50,285 bases of DNA, from the NCBI RefSeq assembly GCF_001194135.2, contig NC_068985.1, forward strand, positions 89,470,876-89,521,160, in the 5' to 3' direction. A model generated the notes under the pieces. That model saw only the letters and a program-made list of their open reading frames with translations. It was not told the origin of the DNA and searched no databases. Below, piece by piece: positions 12,330 to 24,920 of the stretch (the first letter of the stretch is position 1; every line of letters begins with the position of its first letter). Made by a program: the position numbers and the translations under genes. The stretch comes from Octopus bimaculoides. Lineage: Eukaryota.

Positions 12330-14429
12330 TAATTATTATTCTATACTCGCAACAAACGAAAAGTCTGTTGCTAGCCATGAAAAAGAAAGATAATATTTTC
12401 TCAGAAGTGGCAGATTTTTCACAATCAAATATTATGCAACCGGATTTGATATATGGAAGTATACGAAAATCGCTAGTTTAACCATGGGTTCTCTAGCTCC
12501 CCCGGTACTATTCTAGACGCAGTTAAGTCTAGCTAGTGCTATTACCATTAGTTGTACAGAGACATTAGTTACTCTTTTTCATTTTCTATCAATTGTTTTT
12601 CTTCCATCATAATTCAAAATTTTATTGAACATTAATATTTGTGGAGTGTTTTTTTCCTTCTAATTTTGAAATTTTGTTGATATTTTATATTTACTCTTTT
12701 TGAAACTAAAATTATTCGCATAAAATTGTCTGATAAAGATTATTTTTTTCCCTTGCAGAGATTTTGTATTTTCTATTCTGTTTCCATTTTTATATATTTT
12801 ATATGAAAAGATATTTTTTTTAACTGGTATTTTTGTTTTCGATAATTTTAAGTTTTATAGCGTAGCATATTTTATTTTCACCTTGCCATATGAAGGGTGA
12901 TTTTAGCACAATATCATCTTACCAACATTCCTGTAAAATGACAAACTTTGTAATTCAATCCACGAAGAGAACAAAAAACACAAAATCTGTTGGACTTTTG
13001 TACAGTTGTTTGAGCTAAATTTTAAATGCATTTTGCGTCATATTTTTTTCCAACTTCTTTAATGAAATAGTTGATTTGTAACTAAATCTCTTACTATAGC
13101 AATTTAACTGAATCAACGCTTCTCAAAAAACACTCCAAATATAACACCAAATGATTTCAAGAATATTAAAGCTGATATTGTACTCGGCTATGAATTAGAA
13201 CGTTGCTGTTTCATATTCTGTTAAGTGCAGTCTGTGATCTAAAATGTAAAATTTACGAAGGATGTAGATATCTCAAAATATAACATGTCCATACCATGTC
13301 TTTCAATGTTACAGATAACTATGTGTTAAAATTATTTGTCATTAGTAATATGTAGGTACAACTACAACTATACAGACACATATATATTAACACCCTTACA
13401 CACCCACACGTACATAAACATGCATATAAACATGCGTATATATATACATAAATAATTGAAAATGTATTTCTCATAAACCACACTGGAGACTCATTTACTT
13501 TGTAATCAGTGAAAGTATGTTTGAGAAATGCTTTCATTTCTGCATAGTTAATTGAACGGTTTTGTTTTCAAAATTAGTAATCCGTTTTAATGTTATTATA
13601 TTTGTGTACTTTCCATTAATTTTGATCTATGTCTCCCTTAGTGTGTCAACATTTAGGGGAACATGTCAATAGGTGTTACGTTCAGAAAACGTCTACCTCA
13701 CTGAAACTGCTACTTATCTAGATATCAATAATTAATAAATTGTTCCCTTATTAGGTTTCTCAGCTACCCACTTGATAAATTCTTATAAAGACTCTATCAT
13801 ATTTTTAAATTGTAAATTTAACCGGAATATATTCTGTGCTGACTTTTATTCTGAACATACACGTGTGCCGAGATGCAATTCGAAAAGTCCGCCAATTACA
13901 TAGATATATAAGTGTAAGCAATTCTATGTATTATGCTGGATACATGTGGTGTTGTCTGGTATGTCGATGTTTTGTTCATTCTTTTTTATGTGTCTTGAAT
14001 ATGTTTGCACTGACAATTAAAAACTGCATTGTGTGCACTAATTATGAAATCATATGAGAGTTGCATTCCCACTCGCTCGGTACAATGTGTTTATTATGGT
14101 AGTTTTGACTTTAAGAGTCCCTCCTAACGTGAGGCATTTATATATAGCAATGCCCTTACCATATATATATATAGTTAATTTATAAAAAAAAAAAACGTCA
14201 GAAGAGCACAAGGAAATGACAAACAACGCAAGGACGTGGTACCCGCAACGTATTAATAGAAAATGAAGGAATATCGCCAACAAGCCACATGTAGTTACAT
14301 TTTGGGAATGTATATATATATTCATACACATACAAACACTCACGCATACTCGCCCATATATATAAATGTATAAATGTATGTGTGCGTGTGTGTTTGCGTG
14401 TTCTTTTACACGTTTTGGTCATTTTAACA

Positions 14430-14767
14430 TGCAACACCACTACATTGAGGGGGTTTAGTCAAACCCGACACCAGGACTTATTCCGTAAGCATAGTACTTA
14501 TTCTATCGGTCTCTTTTGCCAAACCACTAAGTGACGGTGACCTAAGTACACCAGCACCAGTTGTGAAGTGGTGATAGGAGGAAAAACCGCAAATACAAAG
14601 AGAAACGCCCATTGATATTATTGTATTAGTTTCCATCTACCAAATCCACTCAGAATGCATTGGTCGGGTGCAGGTGACACTTGCTCAGGGTGCCAAACAA
14701 TGATATTGAGCAATGGAACTAAGCTCTTCGGAAACAACTTCTGGCCACATAGCAATGCCTGCACCTA
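14430..14767 (-). mobile_element. tRNA-derived SINE, family B (CORE-like)
   Basis: ACCAGGACTTATTC..TACTTATTCTATCGGTCTCTTTTGCC and TCTACCAAATCCACTCA..GACACTTGCTCAGGGTGCCA are reverse complements of segments of the family B copies at 21324 and 47641. Confidence 0.8.
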
Positions 14768-15450
14768 TATATATNNNNNNNNNNNNNNNNNNNNNNNNNN
14801 NNNNNNNNNNNNNNNNNNNNNNNNNNNNNNNNNNNNNNNNNNNNNNNNNNNNNNNNNNNNNNNNNNNNNNNNNNNNNNNNNNNNNNNNNNNNNNNNNNNN
14901 NNNNNNNNNNNNNNNNNNNNNNNNNNNNNNNNNNNNNNNNNNNNNNNNNNNNNNNNNNNNNNNNNNNNNNNNNNNNNNNNNNNNNNNNNNNNNNNNNNNN
15001 NNNNNNNNNNNNNNNNNNNNNNNNNNNNNNNNNNNNNNNNNNNNNNNNNNNNNNNNNNNNNNNNNNNNNNNNNNNNNNNNNNNNNNNNNNNNNNNNNNNN
15101 NNNNNNNNNNNNNNNNNNNNNNNNNNNNNNNNNNNNNNNNNNNNNNNNNNNNNNNNNNNNNNNNNNNNNNNNNNNNNNNNNNNNNNNNNNNNNNNNNNNN
15201 NNNNNNNNNNNNNNNNNNNNNNNNNNNNNNNNNNNNNNNNNNNNNNNNNNNNNNNNNNNNNNNNNNNNNNNNNNNNNNNNNNNNNNNNNNNNNNNNNNNN
15301 NNNNNNNNNNNNNNNNNNNNNNNNNNNNNNNNNNNNNNNNNNNNNNNNNNNNNNNNNNNNNNNNNNNNNNNNNNNNNNNNNNNNNNNNNNNNNNNNNNNN
15401 NNNNNNNNNNNNNNNNNNNNNNNNNNNNNNNNNNNNNNNNNNNNNNNNNN

Positions 15451-15715
15451 ACTAAATATAATATTTTGTTTCCTCTTTATATCACAGCTGAAAGTCGCAC
15501 GGTAACGTAATTTAAATATAAGTTTCCTTCTGCTGAATGGGCAACTTCATTTTTAAAGCGAAACAAATCCCAATTAGCATCGCGCCTGTGCCAAAATATC
15601 AAAAGATCCAGAGCATGTTTAAGTACAACATAAGTGTCCTCATACTACCGGCATTTAAAAGCGATTCTTACAGTAGATGGAAAACTTATCATTACAAATA
15701 ACATATTCACCTTTT
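15451..15715 (+). mobile_element. pogo/Tigger-like transposase fragment (CENP-B-type HTH to start of DDE domain), pseudogenised
   Basis: Frame reads SRTVT*FKYKFPSAEWATSFLKRNKSQLASRLCQNIKRSRACLSTT*VSSYYRHLKAILTVDGK...NNIF. This matches the pogo-like pattern F.NN.P..W...FLKRH...L..R...NIKR.RA......YF. The 5' part is hidden in the gap. Confidence 0.7.
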
Positions 15716-16435
15716 TCAAAAAAAAAATAAATAAATAAATTCTCTCAAAGTAAGCCCTAATCAGGGGTTGCTCTGAACAACGACAACTGCATAAAACAAT
15801 GCAATCAAATATTGAGTGCAACATATTTTTATTTCATATATCAGTTCACCTATTTAGTTCCCTTAAAGTAATCAAATTTAGTTAAGATTGAAAAGAGTTA
15901 TGGAATTATTGCAATAAGAAATCTAAAACTTTTCAAAGTAACCTCGTTTCACGCTATATATGCATATATATACATTCGTGCGTGGTTGCGTGTCTGTGTA
16001 CGTGTGTGTGTTTGTGTGCTTGCGTGCACACGTGTGTTGTAGTAGTGTCGTACATAGGGATCATATAATGTATGCTACATCAGTCAAATTTATTTCTTTA
16101 ATTATGGGAGACACTATAACAAGAAATTAATTAGTCACTTACCAGAAATTCATCAGACATTAATCTGTGATCTGTGTTCAGAAGACTGTGATCAAATTGC
16201 CTGCGTTTATTGACCGTAACGCAGTTACGCGCTGACTAAAGTGTATTTTGTTGTTGAATGGAATTATTTTCATCTTTAAGATACGCCATGCAGCATAATT
16301 TCATTAAAAAATTGTTACAATGAAATCCATCACTTAGTTTTTATGAAACCGTGTTTTCATGTTAGAAATCTTAGCAAAAAGCTTAATATTAATTTTCCGA
16401 TTTTGATTGTTTTAACAATTAAATATTACGCAACA

Positions 16436-16478
16436 AGTAGTAATAGTAGTAGTTGTAGTAGTAGTAGTAGTAGTAGTA

Positions 16479-16550
<72 letters not shown>

Positions 16551-16610
16551 ATACTAGCAGTAGTAACATTATTAGTAGAAGTAGTAGTAGTAGTAGTAAT
16601 AGTAGTAGTG
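16436..16610. repeat. (AGT)n microsatellite
   Basis: Directly visible. Explains the poly-Ser ORF 16343..16660. Confidence 0.95.
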
Positions 16611-16885
16611 GCTGTTGTGTGTTTGGTTTCTTACAGTGGCAATTGCTGTTACAGCAGTAATAACGATAACGATGAAAATTGCGTGGATGATGGTAAACAT
16701 TTAGATGGAATAAAATAAAGTAAAAACAACAAGTAGGACAGTAGTAATGACACTTTCTACTGTAGCCCCCTGCTCAAGGATATGACGAGCTGCCAAGAAT
16801 AATAATCACGGCATTACATTCGTGAGATGAAAGCCCGAAACGATAAACCACGCATCTTCACAAAAATAATAATAATCCTTTCTAT

Positions 16886-17101
16886 TAAAGGCAGAAGGCT
16901 TTAAATTTTGGGAGAAGGGGCTCATCGATCATATCGACCCTGTTGTATAACTCGTAATTATTTACGGAAGGCTAAAAGGTATAATCGACCTTGGCGGAAA
17001 TCGAACTCAGAACGTAAAGACGGATGAAATGCCGCAATGTATTTCGCCGGGCGAAATGTACTTCACAATGTATTTCGCTGACGATCTGACATGTCGCCGC
17101 C
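16886..17101 (-). mobile_element. Family C SINE
   Basis: TCGACCTTGGCGGAAATCGAACTCAGAACGTAAAGACGGATGAAATGCCGC matches the other copies. Confidence 0.85.
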
Positions 17102-17142
17102 ATAACAACATTAGTAATAACAAAATATTATTATTAATGATA

Positions 17143-17178
<36 letters not shown>

Positions 17179-17193
17179 ATGAATATATGTCCA

Positions 17194-17678
17194 GTTGCAG
17201 AACCAGTCAGTGGTTCTCAAGCATTCTTATCTTAAACGTTTGGAAGTGCTAAGACGTGCATGCATTGATTTGGTGTAAACGAGGGACTACAGCAAATATT
17301 CTGCTCAATAATGAGGATTTGGTTTTCAGTTGCTCAACTAGTTGAGCATGTCCCCTATTGTCTGACGATATGTACATCTCTTGTCCGAGCGGGAATAATG
17401 GTGGTGCCGGGGGTGGTGGTGAGGGAATCGTATCTCTGAGTTTCGTGGAATTATGGAAGGTTCGAATTATTCACCTCTGGAAGCATTGATGTTTCGTACG
17501 GCATCATTAAATAAACTTGAGTCAGGGAACTTTCGAGAGGGACATGCAACTCAACCTGCAGAAGATTCTAATTTGGGCCCATCGGCAAAGGTCATACGCT
17601 GGTTATCTTGTTGCGAGAACATGTGATGCATGCTTCTAATTTACCATGTTCAGGAGTGTTGTTATGATGGGTGTACAC

Positions 17679-17681
<3 letters not shown>
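17194..17681 (+). mobile_element. Unclassified dispersed repeat, possibly the 3' UTR of a non-LTR retrotransposon, ending at (AAG)n
   Basis: 17194-17300 has an inverted homolog at 18844-18949. The segment is GC-richer than its flanks and sits between (GAT)n and (AAG)n. The class is my inference. Confidence 0.45.
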
Positions 17682-17711
<30 letters not shown>

Positions 17712-17723
17712 AAGAAGAAGAAG

Positions 17724-17754
<31 letters not shown>

Positions 17755-17879
17755 TGATGATGAAGAAGAAGAAAAAGAAGAAAAAGAAGAAGATGAAGAA
17801 GAAGAAGAAGAAGAAGAAGAAGAAGAAGAAGAAGAAAAAGAAGAAGAAAAAGAAGGAGGAGGAGGAGGAGGAGGAGGAC
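17682..17879. repeat. (AAG)n grading into (GAG)n
   Basis: Directly visible. Explains the poly-Lys and poly-Leu ORFs. Confidence 0.97.
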
Positions 17880-18163
17880 TAAGAGAATAAATAGGTGAGT
17901 AATTACAACACTGTACATCTATTTGCTGTCATATTTAGAGAAGTGTCCACAATAATGCCGGCAATAAAACGAAGAGACTAAAACAATAAAAAAACGAAGA
18001 AGATGAACAGAGAAATGAATCTTGGCTCTATAGAAACGGTGTAAAAATCAATGAAGCAAAATAATTATGGAATTATCATTTATGCTAAGAAATAATCGCT
18101 GTATATTTTCAGATATAACTATTTTCAGCACGCATGAAAAAAGTACATAATAATGATATTGAT

Positions 18164-18188
18164 AATAATAATAATAATAATAATAATG

Positions 18189-18220
<32 letters not shown>

Positions 18221-18500
18221 GATGATGATGAAAAATTAAATAGTAATTTTCTTTCTTTGACAAATAAATTGGCAAAAAAAAAATGAATTAATGAAACAGG
18301 ATAGAAAGATAACTTCGGCGATGTTGATAGCGAATGCTGATGATTATCATAAAGCAGAGGAGGTGGACGTTACTGATGATGCTAATGGGGATGAGGAAGA
18401 CGATTTTGATGATGAAGATACTACTAATGATGATGATAACGATGCCCATGATGATGATGATAACGACGATGGTATTCGATGTTGGTGACAACAATTTCTA
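18164..18500. repeat. (AAT)n/(GAT)n and degenerate GAT/GAC triplet repeat region
   Basis: Directly visible. Explains the poly-His/Tyr and Asp-rich ORFs. Confidence 0.85.
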
Positions 18501-18843
18501 CGAAGACCACACTGACGATGTTGCGGTGAATCCCGTCTTCCTTTCGATATGTGCCAACTAATATTTGATAATGTTTTCGCTTATCACGATGCATGTTTGA
18601 TTTTTTTTGTTTTCGAAGTAACACGGACTGAGATGAACATGAATACCTGTTTCTTTGTAGCTTCAGTTTCCCGCAAAATGATAAACGGCACATATCCTGT
18701 ACGAATAATTATATACAACGAGCAAAGCATTTGGCTTTCCTTATATATACAGAAATATATAAAATGCACTTACGTTCTAATACAACAGGACATTTAATAA
18801 GGGAAAATATTCCGAATAATATGTAAATTTGCTCTATCAAATA

Positions 18844-18949
18844 AATATTTGCTGCAGGCTATCTTTTACACCAAGCCAAAACATGCGCGTGTTAGCACTT
18901 CAATCATTTAAGATCAGAATGCTTGAGAACCAATGCTTGACACTGCAAC
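18844..18949 (-). repeat. Inverted copy of 17194-17300
   Basis: Manual alignment shares TGGTTCTCAAGCATTCT.ATCTTAAA, GAAGTGCTAA, TTGGTGTAAA and CAGCAAATATT. Confidence 0.8.
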
Positions 18950-20264
18950 AAAGCATATATTTTTATCAATAAATATTTAGGGCACGAGTGGAAAAACTTT
19001 GACAGAAAGATTAAAGGAACTCTTTGGTGAAAAAATCGAAATATCGCCGTTACAGTTTCGATACGACGAGATACCACCAGTGGTGGTATTTGAGGATATA
19101 ATACAATAAGTAATATGAAAGTAAGTGACATATTAAAAATTTCAAAATAATGACTTAAAATAAGAAAAAAACGATGCAAAATAGAGAATAATTATCTGTA
19201 ATGCTAATATGTGTTACATAAACCGTTAAAATACACTACCTGCGTGTGGGGCGGGAGGGAGGGAAGACATTTCATTTTTAATTATATCATTATATTCATA
19301 ATTTCATTCGTTATATGTTTTATGTCCCCCACTGTGTTGTGCTGTCTGTCCTTGTATTGTCAATGTGCTCATAATAAAGAATATAGGACATTGGTCTTGC
19401 TTAAAATGCTCTTGTTTATATCTAGAATTACGGAGTGTCAACGGCTGGTTGAATCAAATCTATGCTACTCGATTTAATTTTTATATTTGTATTTCAGTTC
19501 ATTCAAGTTTTATATTCGTTTAATTTATTGTTACTTCTCAGTTTAACTACTACTCTGTATACATGAAGCAGAACAGGCATAGAAATGTTCTTTGTAGATA
19601 GATGTTATTTATTAAATTCTAGAATGTGTTAATTCTGATGTTCGATAATTTGTCAGCTTTTTTGAGGTTCTGAATCAACAATATATATGACGATGTATTC
19701 ATGTAATTCTATCGAACAATATTTTCATCGTGAATGCCAATATATTCAGCATAATTAACAAACAAATTCATTGGCTTAATCTTCAAACATTTACATTATG
19801 TTCAGTGTGTTCCAATGAATTCTTAATGAATTAATAACATTATCATAAAAAGTACATACATTTTGTTCGTACGCATCGCTAAAGGAATCCATCTTCTGTC
19901 TTTGATATCTACGGTGTAAATGAAGCCAGATTTTGTGATCAATTTCCGTCTGGGTGCAAAATCGTTTCTTAAGTAAACTACTACATTTCTGATATAGTAT
20001 ATCGTAATAATCTGTGGAATATTGTACATAGGATTGTTTGATATTGTAAATAAACGACTTAACTAATGTATTTCATAAACATATAATTCATTGTATGCAA
20101 CCTACTTGTATTGATATTGTGATGGTAGTTATTTATATCGTTATATCTGTGATATGATTTTTAGAGGCTGAATATAAATTCACGTAATATATGCTATTTT
20201 TGCATTGCTTTAACACACACACACACATACAAACACACACACACACACATACACACACACGCAC

Positions 20265-20357
<93 letters not shown>

Positions 20358-20539
20358 CATGCATACATATATACAGATTAAGAGGATTGACTACGAAAAG
20401 TGTATTCCTAAATACTAAAGATAGACGTCAAATCGCCTTAACACAAAGAATGTGTTCTCAAGAAAATTTCAGCAAACGCCAGAATTGAGCAAGGCAAATG
20501 AAAATATAAGAAATAAAAAAAAAAAACTATTATCTACGA

Positions 20540-21100
20540 TTGGGCATAACGTCACCCCAATGGAGACACACACATAGATCATCACAGTTTGGCGGAGCTT
20601 GATTTTCATGATATGAAGGCAAGCAATCTTGTTTTCTGTGCATCATGCAAGTAGTCCTGGCAGAAGTCCTTTTCATCTAAGGAACCAGATTATCCTTTGC
20701 TAAACAGAACATCTGAGACTGTTGGGGATATTCTTTGCATTCGTCAAACCATTGTGCCTGATCTCGCCTGTCAGAATATACTCCTCCCTTGTGCTGCTTC
20801 TTTGAATTGCTCGGAAGGGACTGATTCACATCCAGCTTCGTGGTGGTAAATCCGATTCTCATCTCTCTCACCGAAGCCGAGTTTCCCATGTTCTGATCTT
20901 CCATCACCTTCTCCTGGTGTTGTTGGTTGAATTCCACCTGTCAGGCGCATTCGGAACAATTGCTGCGTGACAAATGTTCGTGTCATGTCTAATAGCTTGT
21001 ATATTGTTCACAATACACTAAGCTGTAGTCATAATTTCGGCATTTTGACATTCGGCGTGAGTCATCATGATACAGATAACCCTTTTTCCAACATTCAGTT
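20540..21100 (-). mobile_element. Decayed Tc1/mariner transposase fragment (maT/DD37D-like)
   Basis: Minus strand gives DEKDFCQDYLHDAQKTRLLA (from 20677) and then QTVMIYVCVSI/GDVMP. This resembles FSDEKNFCQDQ.HN.QNNRWLA...TVMVFG.VS.EGDVMPP. Stops and frameshifts are present, and no TIR was found. Confidence 0.65.
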
Positions 21101-21323
21101 ATCATCTAGTCCACCATGTCAGCTAACTTTTTTCGGTCGAAAATCCAATCTTTATGCTCTAAAACACCGTTCAATTTTCCCCACATTATGAAACTATTTT
21201 TGGAAAAGCAGACATAAGTTCATCAGATTGATCGCAAACATTATGTATCATTGTGTGCATTATTTTGTCTTTGTTTTCATGTCATAAAATAAGGAAACCA
21301 TATCTTAAATATATTATACATAT

Positions 21324-21726
21324 AGGCGCAGGAGTGGCTGTGTTGTAAGTAGCTTGCTTACCGACCACATGGTTCCGGGTTCAGTCCCACTGCGTGGCAC
21401 CTTGGACAAGTGTCTTCAATATAGTCTCGGACTGACCAAAGCCTTGTGAGTGGAAGCTGGAAGAAGCACGTCATATATATATGCGTGCGTGTGTGTATGT
21501 CTGTGTGTATGTGTGTATGCGTACGTTTGTGTGCCTGTGTTTGGCCCCCCGATATCGCTTGACAACCGATACTGGTGGGTTTACGTACCCATACGTGAGC
21601 GTTCGGCGAAAAGAGACCGATAGAATAAGTCCTAGGCTTACATAGAATAAGTCCTGGGGTCGATTTGTTCGACTAAACGCGGTGCTCCAGTATGGCTGCA
21701 GTGTAATGAATGAAACAAATAAAAGA
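21324..21726 (+). mobile_element. tRNA-derived SINE, family B (CORE-like; possibly octopus OR-type)
   Basis: Head GGCGCAGGAGTGGCTGTG..GGGTTCAGTCCC, CORE-like TGGCACCTTGGACAAGTGTCTT, an internal (TA)/(TG) microsatellite, and a 3' GGTGCTCCAGTATGGCTGCAGT..GAAACAAATAAAAGA. Octopus OR1/OR2 are described as CORE-SINEs, but I cannot verify the family identity. Confidence 0.88.
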
Positions 21727-21977
21727 GCAAAAGAATACATGAATAACTACTCATTATTTTATATTGATATCCAAGCGACAAATGAATGAGTAACATTGTA
21801 GATTCACGTGTCACTTGTCTAATAATGTCGGAGTTTTGTATGCACCGAATAAAATATTTAGTCCCCGTCGAAAGCAAATAGGTAAGAAAAGACAAATTGT
21901 ACAGCAAATCACAGTTATATAAAACTACATATATCGAGCATTGCTGGGCAACGCAAATGTTGACTATATTGGAAAGT

Positions 21978-22366
21978 TGTTGTTGTTGTTGGCACTCCGT
22001 CGCTTATGACGTCGAGGGTTCCAGTTGATCCGATTAACGGAACAGCCTGCTCGTGAAATTAACGTGCAAGTGGCTGAGTACTCCACAGACACGTGTACCC
22101 TTAACGTAGTTCTCGGGGATATTCAGCGTGACACAGTGTGACAAGACTGGCCCTTTGAAATACAGGTACAACAGAAACAGGAAGAAAGAGTGAGAAAGTT
22201 GTCCTGAAAGAGTACAGCAGGGTTCGGCACCATCCCCTGCCGGAGCCTCGTGTAGCTTTAGGTGTTTTTGCTCAATAAACACTCACAACGCACGGTCTGG
22301 GAATCGAAACCATAATCCTATGACCGCGAGTCCGCTGCCCTAACCACTGGGCCATTGCGCCTCCAC
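21978..22366 (-). mobile_element. Family A SINE, full length
   Basis: Reverse complement of 459-842 with a (GTT)n tail. 10-bp TSD ATTGGAAAGT at 21968-21977 and 22367-22376. Confidence 0.92.
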
Positions 22367-23139
22367 ATTGGAAAGTACATAGAAATCTATACCTGGATAT
22401 TCCTTGATATATATTTTACAACTATTTTTTTTCAAGAATTCATTGTGAACGTGGTGTACCTTTTGTGTGAATGTAACGAATTGTTAAGACCGGAACTAAA
22501 AAAAAACTATTTTATTGAATAATGCATACAGGATTAAATGATAATCAAAATGTGATAAATCTTTTCATTGTTCATAATTTAGGATTAGTCCGAGCAGATT
22601 AAGCCTATAATGAAAATGTGCTCAGATTATGATATCATTGGAGACTTAAGACCTTTTGTTTGACAAATAAATGAGAATTAATCCGTAGGCGATGTGTCCA
22701 GTGCGTAGGTGTTTTGGCACCTGAATTGAGAAAGAGAAAGAAAATGAAATTGGATCGAAATAATTCAGAGCCTATATATAGAGAACTGAAGAAAAAAAAA
22801 ATTGGATAGACATACATAACGAAATTAAACTAAATATTTGAGGCATATGAATTGGGGTATCAATTCTGAAGACATAAATTAATATATGACATAAAAGGAA
22901 TGAATTATATGCATAGCAAAAAATATAGAGAATGAATAAGTTTAAGCATATCAGCTTTAATATTCATATGCACTCACACATACATATAAGTATATATATA
23001 GTGTGTGTGTGTGTGTGTATGTGTGCGTGCGCGTGTGTGCGTGTGTGTATCTCCGTGTGTGTCTTCCAAATGATTAGGAAAAATATGTGTAACATTAAAT
23101 GTGATATTAATAATATTAATCTTTGGCATATGTCTTGAA

Positions 23140-23300
23140 ATCTTGGGTGACGATATAAGTCGACTAACTCGACCTAATTCATGTCTATTAATTATCGAAC
23201 CCTGAAATAATGTAAAGGATAATCAACCTCATACTAATTTGAACCCAGACCGCAAGGCTAGTTTCAGCACGGTTCACATCAGTAACACATCAACGTGATC
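23140..23300 (-). mobile_element. Degenerate family C SINE
   Basis: AAGTCGACTAACTCGACC..TTATCGAACCCTGAAA..TCAACCTCA..AATTTGAACCCAGA loosely matches the family. Confidence 0.5.
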
Positions 23301-24430
23301 ATCTGTCATTAACGTCGTATAGTTAATTTCCAGTGATATAATGCACAACGTATATTCATATATTCATAGAGGAACACATATTTGGAATTTTATGTTCAAA
23401 ATATTACATAAACTCGCTTTTGCAATATTTAAAATCAGCAGGTTCATGTAAAACTGAACCCAAAGAAAAGTGAGGAGAATCTAAATAATGAACTGATTTT
23501 ACTGTTAGATTTTCTCAAATAAATCAGAAAAAAAAGCAAGCTTCAATTTACGCGAGAATCATATATTTCTAATTTACCTGCATATTTTACAGAGATACTA
23601 TAACCACACAAGGAAAGAAAATACGAAGATGTATTCGGATAAAATTTGGAGAGAATTTAGTCGAAAATAGCCCCAAACTAAATGCGCTGCTGAACAACTC
23701 CTGACTGCTAAGTTAAAAAGATAGTTTCTTAAAATGTATAAAAATTAAAAAGAAAGATAACAACAATAATAATAGTAATAATAATAATAATAATGAGTTT
23801 TGCAGAAATTTCTAGTAGATTTGAAAGAAAAAAATGTATTAGGAAATAATAAGTAAAGATTTCAAAACAAATAAAAGCAATATGAAATGTGTGAAGGTAA
23901 TCAGCGATGAAGGGAGGCATAGAAAAAGGAACAAATGAAAAGGAAAAGAAATGACAAATTCACATCTTTGAATACCGGAGTAATGTATATCGACAAATGT
24001 TGGAACAGAACAGGTACAGNNNNNNNNNNNNNNNNNNNNNNNNNNNNNNNNNNNNNNNNNNNNNNNNNNNNNNNNNNNNNNNNNNNNNNNNNNNNNNNNN
24101 NNNNNNNNNNNNNNNNNNNNNNNNNNNNNNNNNNNNNNNNNNNNNNNNNNNNNNNNNNNNNNNNNNNNNNNNNNNNNNNNNNNNNNNNNNNNNNNNNNNN
24201 NNNNNNNNNNNNNNNNNNNNNNNNNNNNNNNNNNNNNNNNNNNNNNNNNNNNNNNNNNNNNNNNNNNNNNNNNNNNNNNNNNNNNNNNNNNNNNNNNNNN
24301 NNNNNNNNNNNNNNNNNNNNNNNNNNNNNNNNNNNNNNNNNNNNNNNNNNNNNNNNNNNNNNNNNNNNNNNNNNNNNNNNNNNNNNNNNNNNNNNNNNNN
24401 NNNNNNNNNNNNNNNNNNNNNNNNNNNNNN

Positions 24431-24494
<64 letters not shown>

Positions 24495-24920
24495 TGTATA
24501 TATGTATGCATATATGTATGTATGTATGTATGCATATATGCATGTATGTATGTATGTATGTATGTGCTCTGTTTATGTTCTCATTTTTCATTTTGTCCAC
24601 GTTTCTTTGTGACGTCCAGTACCCAGATATGCATCTATATATACATGTAGACGTACGTATGTACATGCATGTACGTATATATGCATATGCTTACATATTA
24701 TTTGTATTATATACATATATATATATATTACCCAAGACATATTCTTTCAACTGCATGTGACTCAAAGTTTCATGGACCACTAACAGTGAGGGAGAGAGAG
24801 TGCTTGGGAGAGTAAGAGAGAGAGTGCTTGAGAGAGTAAGAGAGAGAGAGAGAGAGATAGAGAGAGAGAGACAGACAGAGACAGAGAAAGAGACAGAGAC
24901 AGAGACAGACAGACAGACAG
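24431..24920. repeat. (TA)n/(TATG)n and (GA)n/(GACA)n simple repeats
   Basis: Directly visible. Confidence 0.9.
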
